Part shown: positions 17,716-27,930 of the stretch, piece after piece | Position numbering within the stretch: the first letter of the stretch is position 1 | Layout: the number at the start of each line of letters is the position of its first letter | Source of the DNA: Flavobacteriaceae bacterium | GTDB taxonomy: Bacteria; Bacteroidota; Bacteroidia; Flavobacteriales; Flavobacteriaceae | Assembly (NCBI GenBank): GCA_947448525.1 | Contig: CANFNV010000010.1 | Coordinates: 14,157 to 78,156, forward strand | DNA length: 64,000 bases | Direction: 5' to 3' | The notes under the pieces: model-generated | What the model was told of the DNA's origin: nothing | What the model saw: the letters and a program-made list of their open reading frames with translations, nothing else | The model's database searches: none | Made by a program: the position numbers and the translations under genes

Positions 17716-19740
17716 ATGAAAATACTTACTTCAACATTCAATACCAAATACAACACAGCTCCTTTTTCGCAAATAAAGCTTGAAGAGTACAAACCTGCTT
17801 TTATAGAAAACATCGCTACTGCAAAAGCCGAAATTGACGCCATAATTAACAATCCTGAAGCTCCAACATTTGAAAACACAATTGTAGCTTTAGATTTTTC
17901 GGGGGAACAATTGGATCGGTTATCTTCTATTTTCTTTAATTTGAATTCAGCTGAAACATGTGATGAAATGCAAAAAATTGCACAAGAAGTTTCTCCAATA
18001 TTAACCGAATTTAGTAACGATATTGCTTTAAATGAAGATTTGTTCAAACGAGTAAAAGCTGTTTATGATCAAAAAGATTCTTTAACTTTAACTACAGAAC
18101 AAGCTACTTTACTAGACAAAAAATTCAAAGGTTTTTCAAGAAATGGAGCTTTGCTTAATGAAGAAGACAAATTAAAATTACGTGAAATTGATACGGAATT
18201 AGCCAAACTAAAATTAACGTATGGCGAAAATGTTTTGGCAGAAACCAATAACTATCACTTGCATATTACCAACGAAGCCGATTTGAAAGGATTGCCGGAT
18301 GACGCAAAAGAAATGGCATTCAGTTTGGCAAAATCTAAAAACCTTGAAGGGTGGGTTTTTACTTTAGATTTTCCAAGTTATTTGCCCTTTGTGACGTATG
18401 TTGACAATCGTGAATTGCGAAAAGAAATGACCATTGCGGCCGGAAAAAAAGCGTTTCAAAATAATGAATTTGACAATAAAGAAAATGTAAAAAGAATTGT
18501 AGAATTACGCCATAAACGAGCAATTTTGTTAGGTTATCAATCGCATTCTCACTTTGTTTTAGAAGAACGCATGGCACAAAATCCAGAAAAAGTGCAATCG
18601 TTTTTGAATGATTTATTAGCCAAAGCAAAACCAGCAGCCGAACGCGAATTTATTCAATTAACCGCTTTCGCAAAAGATCTCGACGGAATTGACCAGATAG
18701 AAAAATGGGATGGTTCTTATTATTCAGAAAAATTGAAACAAAAGTTATTCTGTTTGGATGATGAATTATTAAAGCCCTATTTTCAATTAGAAAAGGTTTT
18801 AAATGGAGCGTTTACCATTGCCGAAAAGTTATTTGGAATTACCTTTAAAGAAGTTTTTGATATCGATAAATACCAGGAGGAAGTTCAAACATTTGAAGTG
18901 TTAGATGAAACAAATAATTTTGTTGCCGTGTTCTACTCCGATTTTTTCCCAAGAAAAGGAAAACGTAATGGAGCTTGGATGACATCATATAAATCGCAAG
19001 CTTTGAAAAATGGAATCAATGACCGACCGCACGTTTCTATCGTATGTAATTTCACGCCTCCTACAGAAACCAAACCATCACTCCTAACTTTCAACGAAGT
19101 TACTACTTTATTTCACGAATTTGGTCACGCTTTACATGGAATGTTAGCCAATACAACCTATCCAAGTTTGTCTGGGACTTCGGTATATTGGGATTTTGTA
19201 GAATTGCCAAGTCAAGTGATGGAAAATTGGTGTTATGAGCCCGAAGCATTGGCATTGTTTGCAAAACATTATGAAACTGGTGAAATTATTCCGCAAGAAT
19301 ATGTAGAAAAAATTAAAGAAAGTGCGAGTTTTTTAGAAGGAATGGCAACTTTACGTCAATTGAGCTTTGGTATTTTAGACATGACCTATCACGGAAAATC
19401 ACAAACAATTAAAGACGTAAAAATATTTGAAAAACAAGCAATGGAAGGCACTAGCTTATATCCAGACGTTGCAGAAAATTGTATGAGTACCTCTTTTTCA
19501 CACATATTTCAAGGAGGCTATTCTTCTGGATATTACAGTTACAAATGGGCTGAAGTTTTAGATGCTGATGCATTCGCCTATTTCCAAGAAAAAGGAATTT
19601 TCAATAAAGAAGTAGCCTCTAAATTCAAAGAAAATGTATTATCTAAAGGTGGTACCGAATTGCCGATGGAATTGTATAAAAAATTTAGAGGTCATGAACC
19701 AAATGCCCATGCATTGTTGAAGAGAGCAGGATTGGTCTAG
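17716..19740 (+). CDS. dcp: M3 family metallopeptidase (peptidyl-dipeptidase Dcp-like)
   Basis: GKRNGAWM, HEXXH in FHEFGHALH, DFVELPSQ, YYSYKWAEVLDADAF. Confidence 0.9.
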   Translation: MKILTSTFNTKYNTAPFSQIKLEEYKPAFIENIATAKAEIDAIINNPEAPTFENTIVALDFSGEQLDRLSSIFFNLNSAETCDEMQKIAQEVSPILTEFSNDIALNEDLFKRVKAVYDQKDSLTLTTEQATLLDKKFKGFSRNGALLNEEDKLKLREIDTELAKLKLTYGENVLAETNNYHLHITNEADLKGLPDDAKEMAFSLAKSKNLEGWVFTLDFPSYLPFVTYVDNRELRKEMTIAAGKKAFQNNEFDNKENVKRIVELRHKRAILLGYQSHSHFVLEERMAQNPEKVQSFLNDLLAKAKPAAEREFIQLTAFAKDLDGIDQIEKWDGSYYSEKLKQKLFCLDDELLKPYFQLEKVLNGAFTIAEKLFGITFKEVFDIDKYQEEVQTFEVLDETNNFVAVFYSDFFPRKGKRNGAWMTSYKSQALKNGINDRPHVSIVCNFTPPTETKPSLLTFNEVTTLFHEFGHALHGMLANTTYPSLSGTSVYWDFVELPSQVMENWCYEPEALALFAKHYETGEIIPQEYVEKIKESASFLEGMATLRQLSFGILDMTYHGKSQTIKDVKIFEKQAMEGTSLYPDVAENCMSTSFSHIFQGGYSSGYYSYKWAEVLDADAFAYFQEKGIFNKEVASKFKENVLSKGGTELPMELYKKFRGHEPNAHALLKRAGLV

Positions 19741-19782
19741 ACTTTTTATAATAGCTATACTTTTTTTATATTATCTAGATAG

Positions 19783-19809
19783 AAACCGAAGTTTTAGCTT
19801 CGGTTTTTT
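19783..19809. terminator. Bidirectional intrinsic terminator
   Basis: AAACCGAAG-TTTTAG-CTTCGGTTTTTT between convergent genes. Confidence 0.85.
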
Positions 19810-20581
19810 ATTTACAAAATAGAAGAGCAAGAAGCCAAAATATCGGCACACTTTCTACCCAAAAGGAAGTATAATATTTATTTCGCTCAATCGTGGAAAA
19901 AAGAATAAATAGTCCAGAAATGATTCCGATTGGTAAAGATAAAAGTGATGAATTTACTTTAAAATACTCAAGAATTATAAAAAGAATTACAAGTAGAATT
20001 CCGAAAAATTTAGTGCTATTAATTCCAAATTGCTGCGGTAATGTTTGTAATGATTGATCATCTGTTTTACTATCAAAAATCTCGAACGGAATTAACAAAC
20101 TTAACAGAATTAGAAATCGTTGAATCATAGTTAAATAAAAATCCGAATCCATACGTTTAGCGATATAGAATGGAATAAAAACAGAAATTATAGTCACAAC
20201 TAAACTCACGAAAAACAATTTCAAATAACCAAACTTTCGTAAAAGAGGATAAATGAAAACCAACAATCCAGACACTAAAATTAAAATTTGAACACTTGTT
20301 TCTAACCATAAAAAGAAAAAAAGGAATCCAAAAACGGAAAGTATCGAGACTACTAAAATTCCGTAATATTTTTTGTGATGAAAATTGCCCTTCTGAAAAA
20401 TTTGGAAATATTTCAAAAAGTTATATCCAACAATAGTTCCAAAAAAAACGCAAGTTGGGTAAACAAAAAGGTGATTTAAATCATTAGAAAAATCCGTGAT
20501 ATAAACTAAACACACAACAGCAATAGCTACATGAATGGAAGATTGAATATAAAAATCGAAAATTTGCTTTACAAATCGCAT
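19808..20581 (-). CDS. Integral membrane protein, UbiA-prenyltransferase-like
   Basis: Multiple TM helices; IPFEIFDSKTDD resembles the UbiA Asp-rich motif (PFDIRD). Confidence 0.6.
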   Translation of the reverse strand: MRFVKQIFDFYIQSSIHVAIAVVCLVYITDFSNDLNHLFVYPTCVFFGTIVGYNFLKYFQIFQKGNFHHKKYYGILVVSILSVFGFLFFFLWLETSVQILILVSGLLVFIYPLLRKFGYLKLFFVSLVVTIISVFIPFYIAKRMDSDFYLTMIQRFLILLSLLIPFEIFDSKTDDQSLQTLPQQFGINSTKFFGILLVILFIILEYFKVNSSLLSLPIGIISGLFILFSTIERNKYYTSFWVESVPIFWLLALLFCK

Positions 20582-20679
20582 GCTACAAAACTAATCATTC
20601 TGTTAATAAACCGTGTTTTTAGTTAACAATTTCTCAAAATATTACCCTTTGTTTAACTTAAAAATAAAAGTTTAATAAT

Positions 20680-20687
20680 TACTTTTG
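20680..20687 (+). promoter_or_regulatory. -7 promoter element for gcvP
   Basis: TACTTTTG 70 nt upstream of the gcvP ATG. Confidence 0.6.
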
Positions 20688-20756
20688 TGTGTTTTAATCT
20701 GAACTCAATTCAGATTCTAAAACAACACACTAAATTATTCTATTTTACTTAATTAA

Positions 20757-23600
20757 ATGAAAACAGACGCTTTTGCATTACGCCACATAGGTCCAAATGA
20801 AAATGACCTAAAATATATGTTGAAAACTATTGATGTTGAGTCGATAGATCAATTGATTTCTGAAACAATTCCTAGTGACATTCGTCTGAAATCTAATTTG
20901 AATTTGGAACCTGCAATGACCGAATACGAATTTGCAAATCATATTAAAAAACTTGGTGATAAAAATAAGATGTTCAAATCTTATATCGGACTAGGTTACA
21001 ATCAAGCCATAATTCCAGCAGTTATTCAAAGAAATGTCTTTGAAAATCCGGGTTGGTATACCGCTTACACCCCATATCAAGCTGAAATAGCTCAAGGCCG
21101 TTTAGAAGCAATTTTGAATTTTCAAACCATGGTTATTGAATTAACGGGGATGGAAATTGCAAACGCATCACTACTAGATGAAGGAACTGCCGCCGCAGAA
21201 GCAATGGCATTACTTTTTGATGTTCGTTCAAGAGACCAAAAGAAAAATAACGTTACTAAATTCTTCGTTTCTGAAGAAATTTTACCGCAAACATTATCGG
21301 TTTTACAAACACGCTCTACTCCAATTGGTGTGGAATTAGTAATTGGAAACCACGAAGAATTTGATTTTTCTGACGATTTTTATGGCGCTATTCTTCAATA
21401 TCCTGGTAAATTCGGTCAAATACACGATTATGCAGGTTTTATTGCTAAGGCTAAAACAAAAGAAATTAAAGTAGCCGTTGCAGCAGATATTTTAAGTTTG
21501 ATTAAACTGACGTCTCCAGGAGAGATGGGTGCCGATGTAGTTTTAGGAACAACGCAACGTTTTGGGATACCGTTAGGATATGGTGGCCCTCACGCAGCTT
21601 ATTTTGCTACAAAATCCGAATACAAGCGTTCGATGCCAGGAAGAATTATTGGAGTTACTGTTGATACCGACGGTAATCGAGCACTTCGTATGGCGCTACA
21701 AACTCGTGAACAACACATTAAACGGGACAAAGCCACCTCGAATATTTGTACGGCACAAGTTTTGTTGTCTGTTATGGCCGGAATGTATGCTGTATTTCAC
21801 GGTCCTAAAGGTTTAGAATATATTTCCAATAAAGTGCACAATTCAGCAGCAACATTAGCAAACGAATTGGAAAAATTAGGGTTATACCAAACTAATACCG
21901 TTTTTTTTGATACAATTGTTATCAAAACGGATGCTAAAAAAGTTAAAGAAATTGCCGAACAAAACGAAGTAAATTTTCTTTATATTGATGAAAAAACCGT
22001 TTCAATTTCAATGAATGAAACTACAAGTATTGCCGACTTGAATAATATTGTTGCGATTTTTGCTGAAGCAACAGGTAAAGAATCTTCAACTATTTCTGAA
22101 TTGCAAAACGGAAATCAAATTCCTCCAAATTTAGAAAGAACCTCAACATTTTTACAACATGATGTTTTTAATAAATACCATTCAGAAACGGCGCTGATGC
22201 GTTATATCAAGATGCTAGAGCGTAAAGATTTGGCATTGAACCACTCCATGATTTCACTGGGTTCTTGCACAATGAAACTGAATGCTGCTTCTGAAATGCT
22301 GCCGCTTAGTATGGCACAATGGAATAATATTCATCCTTTTGCCCCACTAGATCAAGCGCAAGGTTATCAGGAAATGCTCTCAAAATTAGAGCAGCAATTG
22401 AATGTAGTTACCGGTTTTGCAGGAACAACTTTACAACCCAATTCAGGTGCGCAAGGTGAATATGCCGGTTTAATGGTTATTCGGGCATATCATCAATCTC
22501 GGGGCGATTATCATAGAAATATTGCATTAATTCCATCTTCAGCACATGGAACAAATCCTGCTTCGGCAGCGATGGCTGGAATGCAGGTTGTTGTTACTAA
22601 AACATTAGAAAACGGAAATATTGACGTTGAAGATTTACGAGAAAAAGCTATTCTTCACAAAGACAATCTTTCGTGTTTGATGGTAACTTATCCTTCTACA
22701 CATGGAGTATTTGAAAGTGCCATTAAAGAAATTACGGAACTTATTCACGATAATGGTGGTCAAGTTTATATGGATGGTGCAAATATGAATGCTCAAGTTG
22801 GATTAACAAATCCAGCAACAATTGGTGCAGATGTTTGTCACTTAAATTTACACAAAACATTTGCAATTCCACATGGAGGGGGTGGTCCGGGAGTTGGTCC
22901 AATTTGTGTAGCCCCACAATTAGTTCCTTTTTTACCAACAAATCCAATAATTCCTACCGGTGGTTCAACTGCTATTACAGCTATTTCTGCTGCACCTTGG
23001 GGATCGGCTTTAGTATGCTTAATTTCTTATGGATATATTTGTATGCTGGGCGCTGAAGGTTTAAAAAAATCTACAGAATATGCCATTTTGAATGCCAATT
23101 ATATTAAAGAAAAATTAAAGGGTCATTACGACACCTTGTATTCAGGTGAAATGGGTCGTGCTGCTCACGAAATGATATTGGAATGCCGTCCCTTTAAAGA
23201 AAAAGGGATTGAAGTTACAGACATTGCAAAACGATTGATGGACTATGGATTTCATGCACCGACAGTATCATTTCCGGTAGCAGGAACTTTAATGATTGAA
23301 CCAACAGAAAGTGAAAATTTAGAAGAATTAGATCGTTTTTGTGACGCTATGATTTCTATAAGAAAAGAAATTGAATCAGCAACTGCAGATAACTCCAATA
23401 ATGTTTTAAAAAATGCACCTCACACTTTAATGATGGTTACATCAGATGATTGGAATTATCCTTATACACGCGCACAAGCTGCTTTTCCGTTGAATTATGT
23501 TGCAGAAAATAAATTTTGGCCCACCGTTCGTCGTGCTGATGAAGCGTATGGTGATAGAAATTTAGTGTGTAGTTGTGCACCAATTGAGGCTTATATGTAA
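20757..23600 (+). CDS. gcvP: Glycine dehydrogenase (glycine cleavage P protein)
   Basis: FALRHIGP, YTPYQAEIAQGRLE, KATSNICTAQ, LGSCTMKLN, PLP-Lys motif HLNLHKTF, GDRNLVCSC. Confidence 0.98.
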   Translation: MKTDAFALRHIGPNENDLKYMLKTIDVESIDQLISETIPSDIRLKSNLNLEPAMTEYEFANHIKKLGDKNKMFKSYIGLGYNQAIIPAVIQRNVFENPGWYTAYTPYQAEIAQGRLEAILNFQTMVIELTGMEIANASLLDEGTAAAEAMALLFDVRSRDQKKNNVTKFFVSEEILPQTLSVLQTRSTPIGVELVIGNHEEFDFSDDFYGAILQYPGKFGQIHDYAGFIAKAKTKEIKVAVAADILSLIKLTSPGEMGADVVLGTTQRFGIPLGYGGPHAAYFATKSEYKRSMPGRIIGVTVDTDGNRALRMALQTREQHIKRDKATSNICTAQVLLSVMAGMYAVFHGPKGLEYISNKVHNSAATLANELEKLGLYQTNTVFFDTIVIKTDAKKVKEIAEQNEVNFLYIDEKTVSISMNETTSIADLNNIVAIFAEATGKESSTISELQNGNQIPPNLERTSTFLQHDVFNKYHSETALMRYIKMLERKDLALNHSMISLGSCTMKLNAASEMLPLSMAQWNNIHPFAPLDQAQGYQEMLSKLEQQLNVVTGFAGTTLQPNSGAQGEYAGLMVIRAYHQSRGDYHRNIALIPSSAHGTNPASAAMAGMQVVVTKTLENGNIDVEDLREKAILHKDNLSCLMVTYPSTHGVFESAIKEITELIHDNGGQVYMDGANMNAQVGLTNPATIGADVCHLNLHKTFAIPHGGGGPGVGPICVAPQLVPFLPTNPIIPTGGSTAITAISAAPWGSALVCLISYGYICMLGAEGLKKSTEYAILNANYIKEKLKGHYDTLYSGEMGRAAHEMILECRPFKEKGIEVTDIAKRLMDYGFHAPTVSFPVAGTLMIEPTESENLEELDRFCDAMISIRKEIESATADNSNNVLKNAPHTLMMVTSDDWNYPYTRAQAAFPLNYVAENKFWPTVRRADEAYGDRNLVCSCAPIEAYM

Positions 23601-23603
23601 TTT

Positions 23604-23684
23604 AGTCATAAAGACAACAAAGTCGAATGTCTAAAGTCCTAAAAATACTTTGGCATTCGACTTTTGACTTTAAGACATTGTGAC
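23604..23684. repeat. Heptamer inverted-arm hairpin (AAAGTC / GACTTT type)
   Basis: Left ...AAAGTC GAATGTC TAAAGTC; right GGCATTC GACTTTT GACTTTA A GACATTG; the arms are near reverse complements. Confidence 0.8.
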
Positions 23685-23692
23685 CAAAAAAA

Positions 23693-24070
23693 ATGAACGA
23701 CATTCAAAACCAAGATGACTTGTATTTAATAGTAGATGAATTTTACAAAAAACTATTAGCCGATGACAAAATCAGCTATATATTTACCGATGTTGTTAAA
23801 ATAAAAATTGAAAAACATCTGCCTATTTTAGTTACTTTTTGGTCACAAGCTATTTTAGGAACAGGAGGTTATTTTAACAATCTTACTCAAATTCATTTGG
23901 ATGTTAATGCGAAATCGTATTTATCAAAAGAGTTATTCGATATTTGGTTAATTCATTTTGATTCAGCCATTAACGAAAATTTCGCGGGATTTAATTGCGA
24001 AAGTATGAAGAATATAGCAAACAACTTATCATCTATAATGCAAATTAAAATAGCTCCAGTAAAACAGTGA
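23693..24070 (+). CDS. Group III truncated hemoglobin
   Basis: 125 aa; VDEFYKKL, IFTDVV, HLPILVTFWSQAIL, H at F8-like QIHL, FDIWL pattern of 2/2 globins. Confidence 0.85.
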   Translation: MNDIQNQDDLYLIVDEFYKKLLADDKISYIFTDVVKIKIEKHLPILVTFWSQAILGTGGYFNNLTQIHLDVNAKSYLSKELFDIWLIHFDSAINENFAGFNCESMKNIANNLSSIMQIKIAPVKQ

Positions 24071-24201
24071 ATTTAAATTTTTAATAATATTATAACCAAA
24101 TATTGATGATTTCATAATTATATGAGGGCGTATGAATTTTATAATGTAATTTAATTAATTATCATTAATTTTACATTGAATTTCTTTGATTAATTAATAG
24201 A

Positions 24202-25260
24202 ATGAATATAAAAATAACAGGTTCTGGAAGCTATATTCCAACTGAAATAGTATCTAACAGTGATTTTTTAAATCACTGTTTTATGAACGAAGATGGAACT
24301 CGTATTGCACAAGCAAACGAAATCATAACTCAAAAATTCAAAGGAATTACGGGTATCGAAGAACGCAGATATGTTTCGGATGATTTAGTGACATCAGACA
24401 TTGCTTTTATTGCTGCAAAAAGAGCTATAGAAGATTCGAAAATTGATCCTGAAACATTGGATTATATCATTTTAGCACATAACTTTGGTAATCAAAAAAA
24501 GGGGGCAATTCAAGCTGATTTAATGCCAAGTTTAGCAACAAGAGTAAAGCATGATTTACGAATTAAAAACCCAAAATGTGTTGCTTATGATATGATTTTT
24601 GGTTGTCCTGGTTGGGTAGAAGGAGTAATTCAAGCTACTGCATTTATTAAAGCTGGGATGGCTAAAAAATGTTTGGTAATTGGTGCAGAAACATTATCAA
24701 GAGTTGTAGATCCTCACGATAGAGATTCTATGATTTATTCTGATGGTGCTGGAGCAACAATTATTGAAGCTACCAAAAATGAAGGTGGTGTACTCGCACA
24801 TGAAACGGCTACCTTTACCTATGACGAAGCAAATTATCTTTACTTTGGAGGTTCATTCAACAAGGAATACAATCAAGATATTCGTTATATAAAGATGCAC
24901 GGAAGAAAAATTTATGAATTTGCTTTAACAAATGTTCCTAATGCAATGAAAGAATGTTTGGATAATAGTGGAATAGAAATACAAAGTCTCAAAAAAATTC
25001 TTATTCATCAAGCTAACGAAAAGATGGATGAAGCAATTGTACAACGATTTTATAAATTATATGAGGAAGAAGTTCCGGAAGGAATAATGCCTATGAGCAT
25101 TCACAAATTAGGAAATTCTAGCGTTGCAACCGTCCCAACATTATATGATTCATTAGTAAAAGGAAAAATTGAAAATCAATCCATCAACAAAGGTGATGTG
25201 ATTTTATTTGCCTCTGTAGGAGCTGGAATGAATATTAATGCGATTGTTTATAGAATGTAA
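24202..25260 (+). CDS. 3-oxoacyl-ACP synthase III (FabH family)
   Basis: TGIEERRY, catalytic FGCPG, DGAGA, HQAN, GNSSVAT. Confidence 0.9.
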   Translation: MNIKITGSGSYIPTEIVSNSDFLNHCFMNEDGTRIAQANEIITQKFKGITGIEERRYVSDDLVTSDIAFIAAKRAIEDSKIDPETLDYIILAHNFGNQKKGAIQADLMPSLATRVKHDLRIKNPKCVAYDMIFGCPGWVEGVIQATAFIKAGMAKKCLVIGAETLSRVVDPHDRDSMIYSDGAGATIIEATKNEGGVLAHETATFTYDEANYLYFGGSFNKEYNQDIRYIKMHGRKIYEFALTNVPNAMKECLDNSGIEIQSLKKILIHQANEKMDEAIVQRFYKLYEEEVPEGIMPMSIHKLGNSSVATVPTLYDSLVKGKIENQSINKGDVILFASVGAGMNINAIVYRM

Positions 25261-25320
25261 AATTTGGAAGTTGAAAAAAAAGTAAATTAATTAAATTAAC
25301 TGAAGGAAAGCCCAAATTCA

Positions 25321-25842
25321 ATGTACGAAAAAACATTTCCAAATAAACGATTCAAACATACTTTAGCATTTTTGAAAAAAAATGTGTCCACTGCAGAAAC
25401 CATTTTTGATTTAGGTGTGCCAAATCCATTTTCCAAAATAATGGAAGAAAATGGGTATACTGTTAAAAACACAAAAGGTGAAGATTTAGATAATAACCAA
25501 ACTGTATTACAAAATGAATCCTATACTGTATTCACTGCATTTGAAATTTTTGAACATTTGCTGAATCCTTACACAATATTACAAAACGTGAATTGTGATA
25601 AATTATTAATTTCAATACCGTTGCGATTATGGTTTTCTCCTGCTTATAAAAGTAAAACTGACATGTGGGACAGACATTACCATGAGTTTGAAGATTGGCA
25701 ATTGGATTGGCTACTAGAAAAAACTGGATGGAAAATTATTGCCAGAGAAAAGTTTACACATCCCGTTAAAAAAATTGGATTTAGACCATTATTACGATAC
25801 TTCACCCCAAGGTATTATATTGTTTATGCGGAAAAAGCATAA
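25321..25842 (+). CDS. SAM-dependent methyltransferase-like protein
   Basis: IFDLGVPNP motif I variant, AFEIFEHLLNP. Confidence 0.65.
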   Translation: MYEKTFPNKRFKHTLAFLKKNVSTAETIFDLGVPNPFSKIMEENGYTVKNTKGEDLDNNQTVLQNESYTVFTAFEIFEHLLNPYTILQNVNCDKLLISIPLRLWFSPAYKSKTDMWDRHYHEFEDWQLDWLLEKTGWKIIAREKFTHPVKKIGFRPLLRYFTPRYYIVYAEKA

Positions 25843-25884
25843 GTAAACACTAATTATTTCTATAAAAAAAGTAATAGAAACTTA

Positions 25885-26601
25885 TTATGATTCATCCATA
25901 GTATGATAAACGTTCATCACGTCATCATCCTCTTCAATTTTTTCAATCAATTTTTCTACATCTGCTATTTCAGCTTCAGTTAACTTTTTGGTTACTTGTG
26001 GAATTCTTTCGAAACCAGAAGATAGAATTTCAATACCTCTATTCTCAAGTTCTTTTTGAATGGCACCAAAACTCTCAAATGGTGCATAAATTAAAATTTC
26101 GTCTTCATCATCTGCAAAAATTTCTTCTGCACCAAAATCGATGAATTCCAATTCCATTTCTTCAATATCTACATTATTGTTTGGAATGCGAAAATTACAG
26201 GTATGATCGAACATAAATTCAACTGAACCTTGAGTTCCCATTGTGCCATTGCATTTATTGAAATAACTTCTAATGTTGGCTACAGTTCTGTTATTATTAT
26301 CGGTTGCTGTTTCAATAAGAAGTGCAATTCCATGAGGTGCATACCCTTCAAAAAGTTGCTCTTTATAGTTGGCAGTATCTTTATCCGTTGCTTTTTTAAT
26401 AGCTCGTTCTACGTTTTCTTTTGGCATGTTAGCCGCCTTCGCATTTTGAATCACGGCACGCAAACGCGAATTTGCCTCTGGATTTGGACCCCCTTCTTTT
26501 ACAGCCATTACAATGTCTTTTCCAATGCGAGTAAACGCTTTAGCCATTGCCGACCAACGTTTCATTTTTCTACCTTTTCTAAATTCGAACGCTCTTCCCA
26601 T
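25885..26601 (-). CDS. YebC/PmpR (TACO1) family protein
   Basis: KRWSAMAKAFTRI, NSRLR, NMPKENVERAI, EGYAPHG, TDNNNRT, EEDDDVMNVYH. Confidence 0.94.
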   Translation of the reverse strand: MGRAFEFRKGRKMKRWSAMAKAFTRIGKDIVMAVKEGGPNPEANSRLRAVIQNAKAANMPKENVERAIKKATDKDTANYKEQLFEGYAPHGIALLIETATDNNNRTVANIRSYFNKCNGTMGTQGSVEFMFDHTCNFRIPNNNVDIEEMELEFIDFGAEEIFADDEDEILIYAPFESFGAIQKELENRGIEILSSGFERIPQVTKKLTEAEIADVEKLIEKIEEDDDVMNVYHTMDES

Positions 26602-26638
26602 TTCTAAGAATATATTTTAGTTTAATTTAAATCGATTG

Positions 26639-26667
26639 CAAAAGTACTTCTTTCAATAAAATATCAA
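26639..26667 (-). promoter_or_regulatory. -7/-33 promoter for the yebC-like gene
   Basis: Minus strand TACTTTTG (26646-26639) with TTG at 26667-26665, 18-nt spacer. Confidence 0.6.
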
Positions 26668-26674
26668 AAGAAAC

Positions 26675-27760
26675 TTATTCTTTTTTATAAAATGGCATTT
26701 TTACCACTTTAGCAGCAATCTTTTTATCTCTAATTAAAATAAAGATTTCAGAATCAGCTGCTGTAAAATCTGTTTTAACATAACCCATTCCAATGGCTTT
26801 TCCTAAACTTGGTGCTTGTGTTCCTGAGGTTACAATTCCAATATTAGTTCCATTGGCATCAACAATTTCATAATCGTGTCTTGGAATTCCTCTGTCAATT
26901 AATTCAAAACCAATTAATTTTCTTGAAACTCCAGCTTCTTTTTGTGCTTTTAAGTTAGCTGAATTAGTGAATTCTTTGGTGAATTTCGTAATCCAACCCA
27001 AGCCAGCTTCAATTGGAGAAGTGGTATCATTAATATCATTTCCATACAAGCAGAATCCCATTTCTAATCGCAACGTATCTCGAGCCGCTAATCCGACTGG
27101 CTTAATTCCGAAAGTTTTTCCAGCTTCAAAAACAGCGTTCCAAATAGATTCAACTTCAGAATTTTTACAATAGATTTCAAATCCACCAGAACCAGTATAT
27201 CCAGTAGCAGAAATAACTACATTTTCAATTCCGGCAAAATCAGCTACTTCAAAATGATAATATTTTATTGATGCTAAATCTATTGATGTCAATGACTGCA
27301 TTGCTTCAACCGCTTTAGGCCCTTGAATAGCTAGCAAAGAATAATCTTCCGACACGTTTTTCATTTCGGCACCAAAATCATTATGTGACGAAATCCAATC
27401 CCAATCTTTATCTATATTTGAGGCATTCACAACCAATAAATAGTGTTCTTCATTTAATTTATAAACAATCAAATCATCTACAATTCCGCCCTCATTATTA
27501 GGCAAACAAGAATATTGAGCTTTACCAATTTCGAGAGTTGCAGCATCATTAGAAGTTACTTTTTGGATTAAAGCTAATGCATTTACACCCGAAATTAAAA
27601 ATTCTCCCATGTGTGAAACATCAAAAACACCTACTGCATTTCTTACGGTTTCGTGTTCTGCATTTACACCTTCATAAGAAACAGGCATATTAAAACCTGC
27701 AAACGGTACCATTTTTGCTCCTAAACTTTCGTGAACGTGCGTTAAAGCTGTATTTTTCAT
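26675..27760 (-). CDS. gcvT: Aminomethyltransferase (glycine cleavage T protein)
   Basis: [45 protein letters not shown]. Confidence 0.97.
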   Translation of the reverse strand: MKNTALTHVHESLGAKMVPFAGFNMPVSYEGVNAEHETVRNAVGVFDVSHMGEFLISGVNALALIQKVTSNDAATLEIGKAQYSCLPNNEGGIVDDLIVYKLNEEHYLLVVNASNIDKDWDWISSHNDFGAEMKNVSEDYSLLAIQGPKAVEAMQSLTSIDLASIKYYHFEVADFAGIENVVISATGYTGSGGFEIYCKNSEVESIWNAVFEAGKTFGIKPVGLAARDTLRLEMGFCLYGNDINDTTSPIEAGLGWITKFTKEFTNSANLKAQKEAGVSRKLIGFELIDRGIPRHDYEIVDANGTNIGIVTSGTQAPSLGKAIGMGYVKTDFTAADSEIFILIRDKKIAAKVVKMPFYKKE

Positions 27761-27930
27761 TAGTATTTTATTTGTTTAGGGTGCTAAATTAGTGTTTTTT
27801 AAAGAATTTTTGCCACTAATCATTTTGATTTTTATGTGTTTAAGAAAGAATAGTTTTATTCAACTTTTACTACTTAAAAAACGAGTAATTTTATGGTCGA
27901 TAACAAACCTTATTACGATTCCTGTTCAAA

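Noticed and set aside
20581-20757. Glycine riboswitch upstream of gcvP (also checked upstream of gcvT)
   Set aside because: No GGAGA...CCGAAG/CTCAGG aptamer cores; leaders are short and AT-rich.
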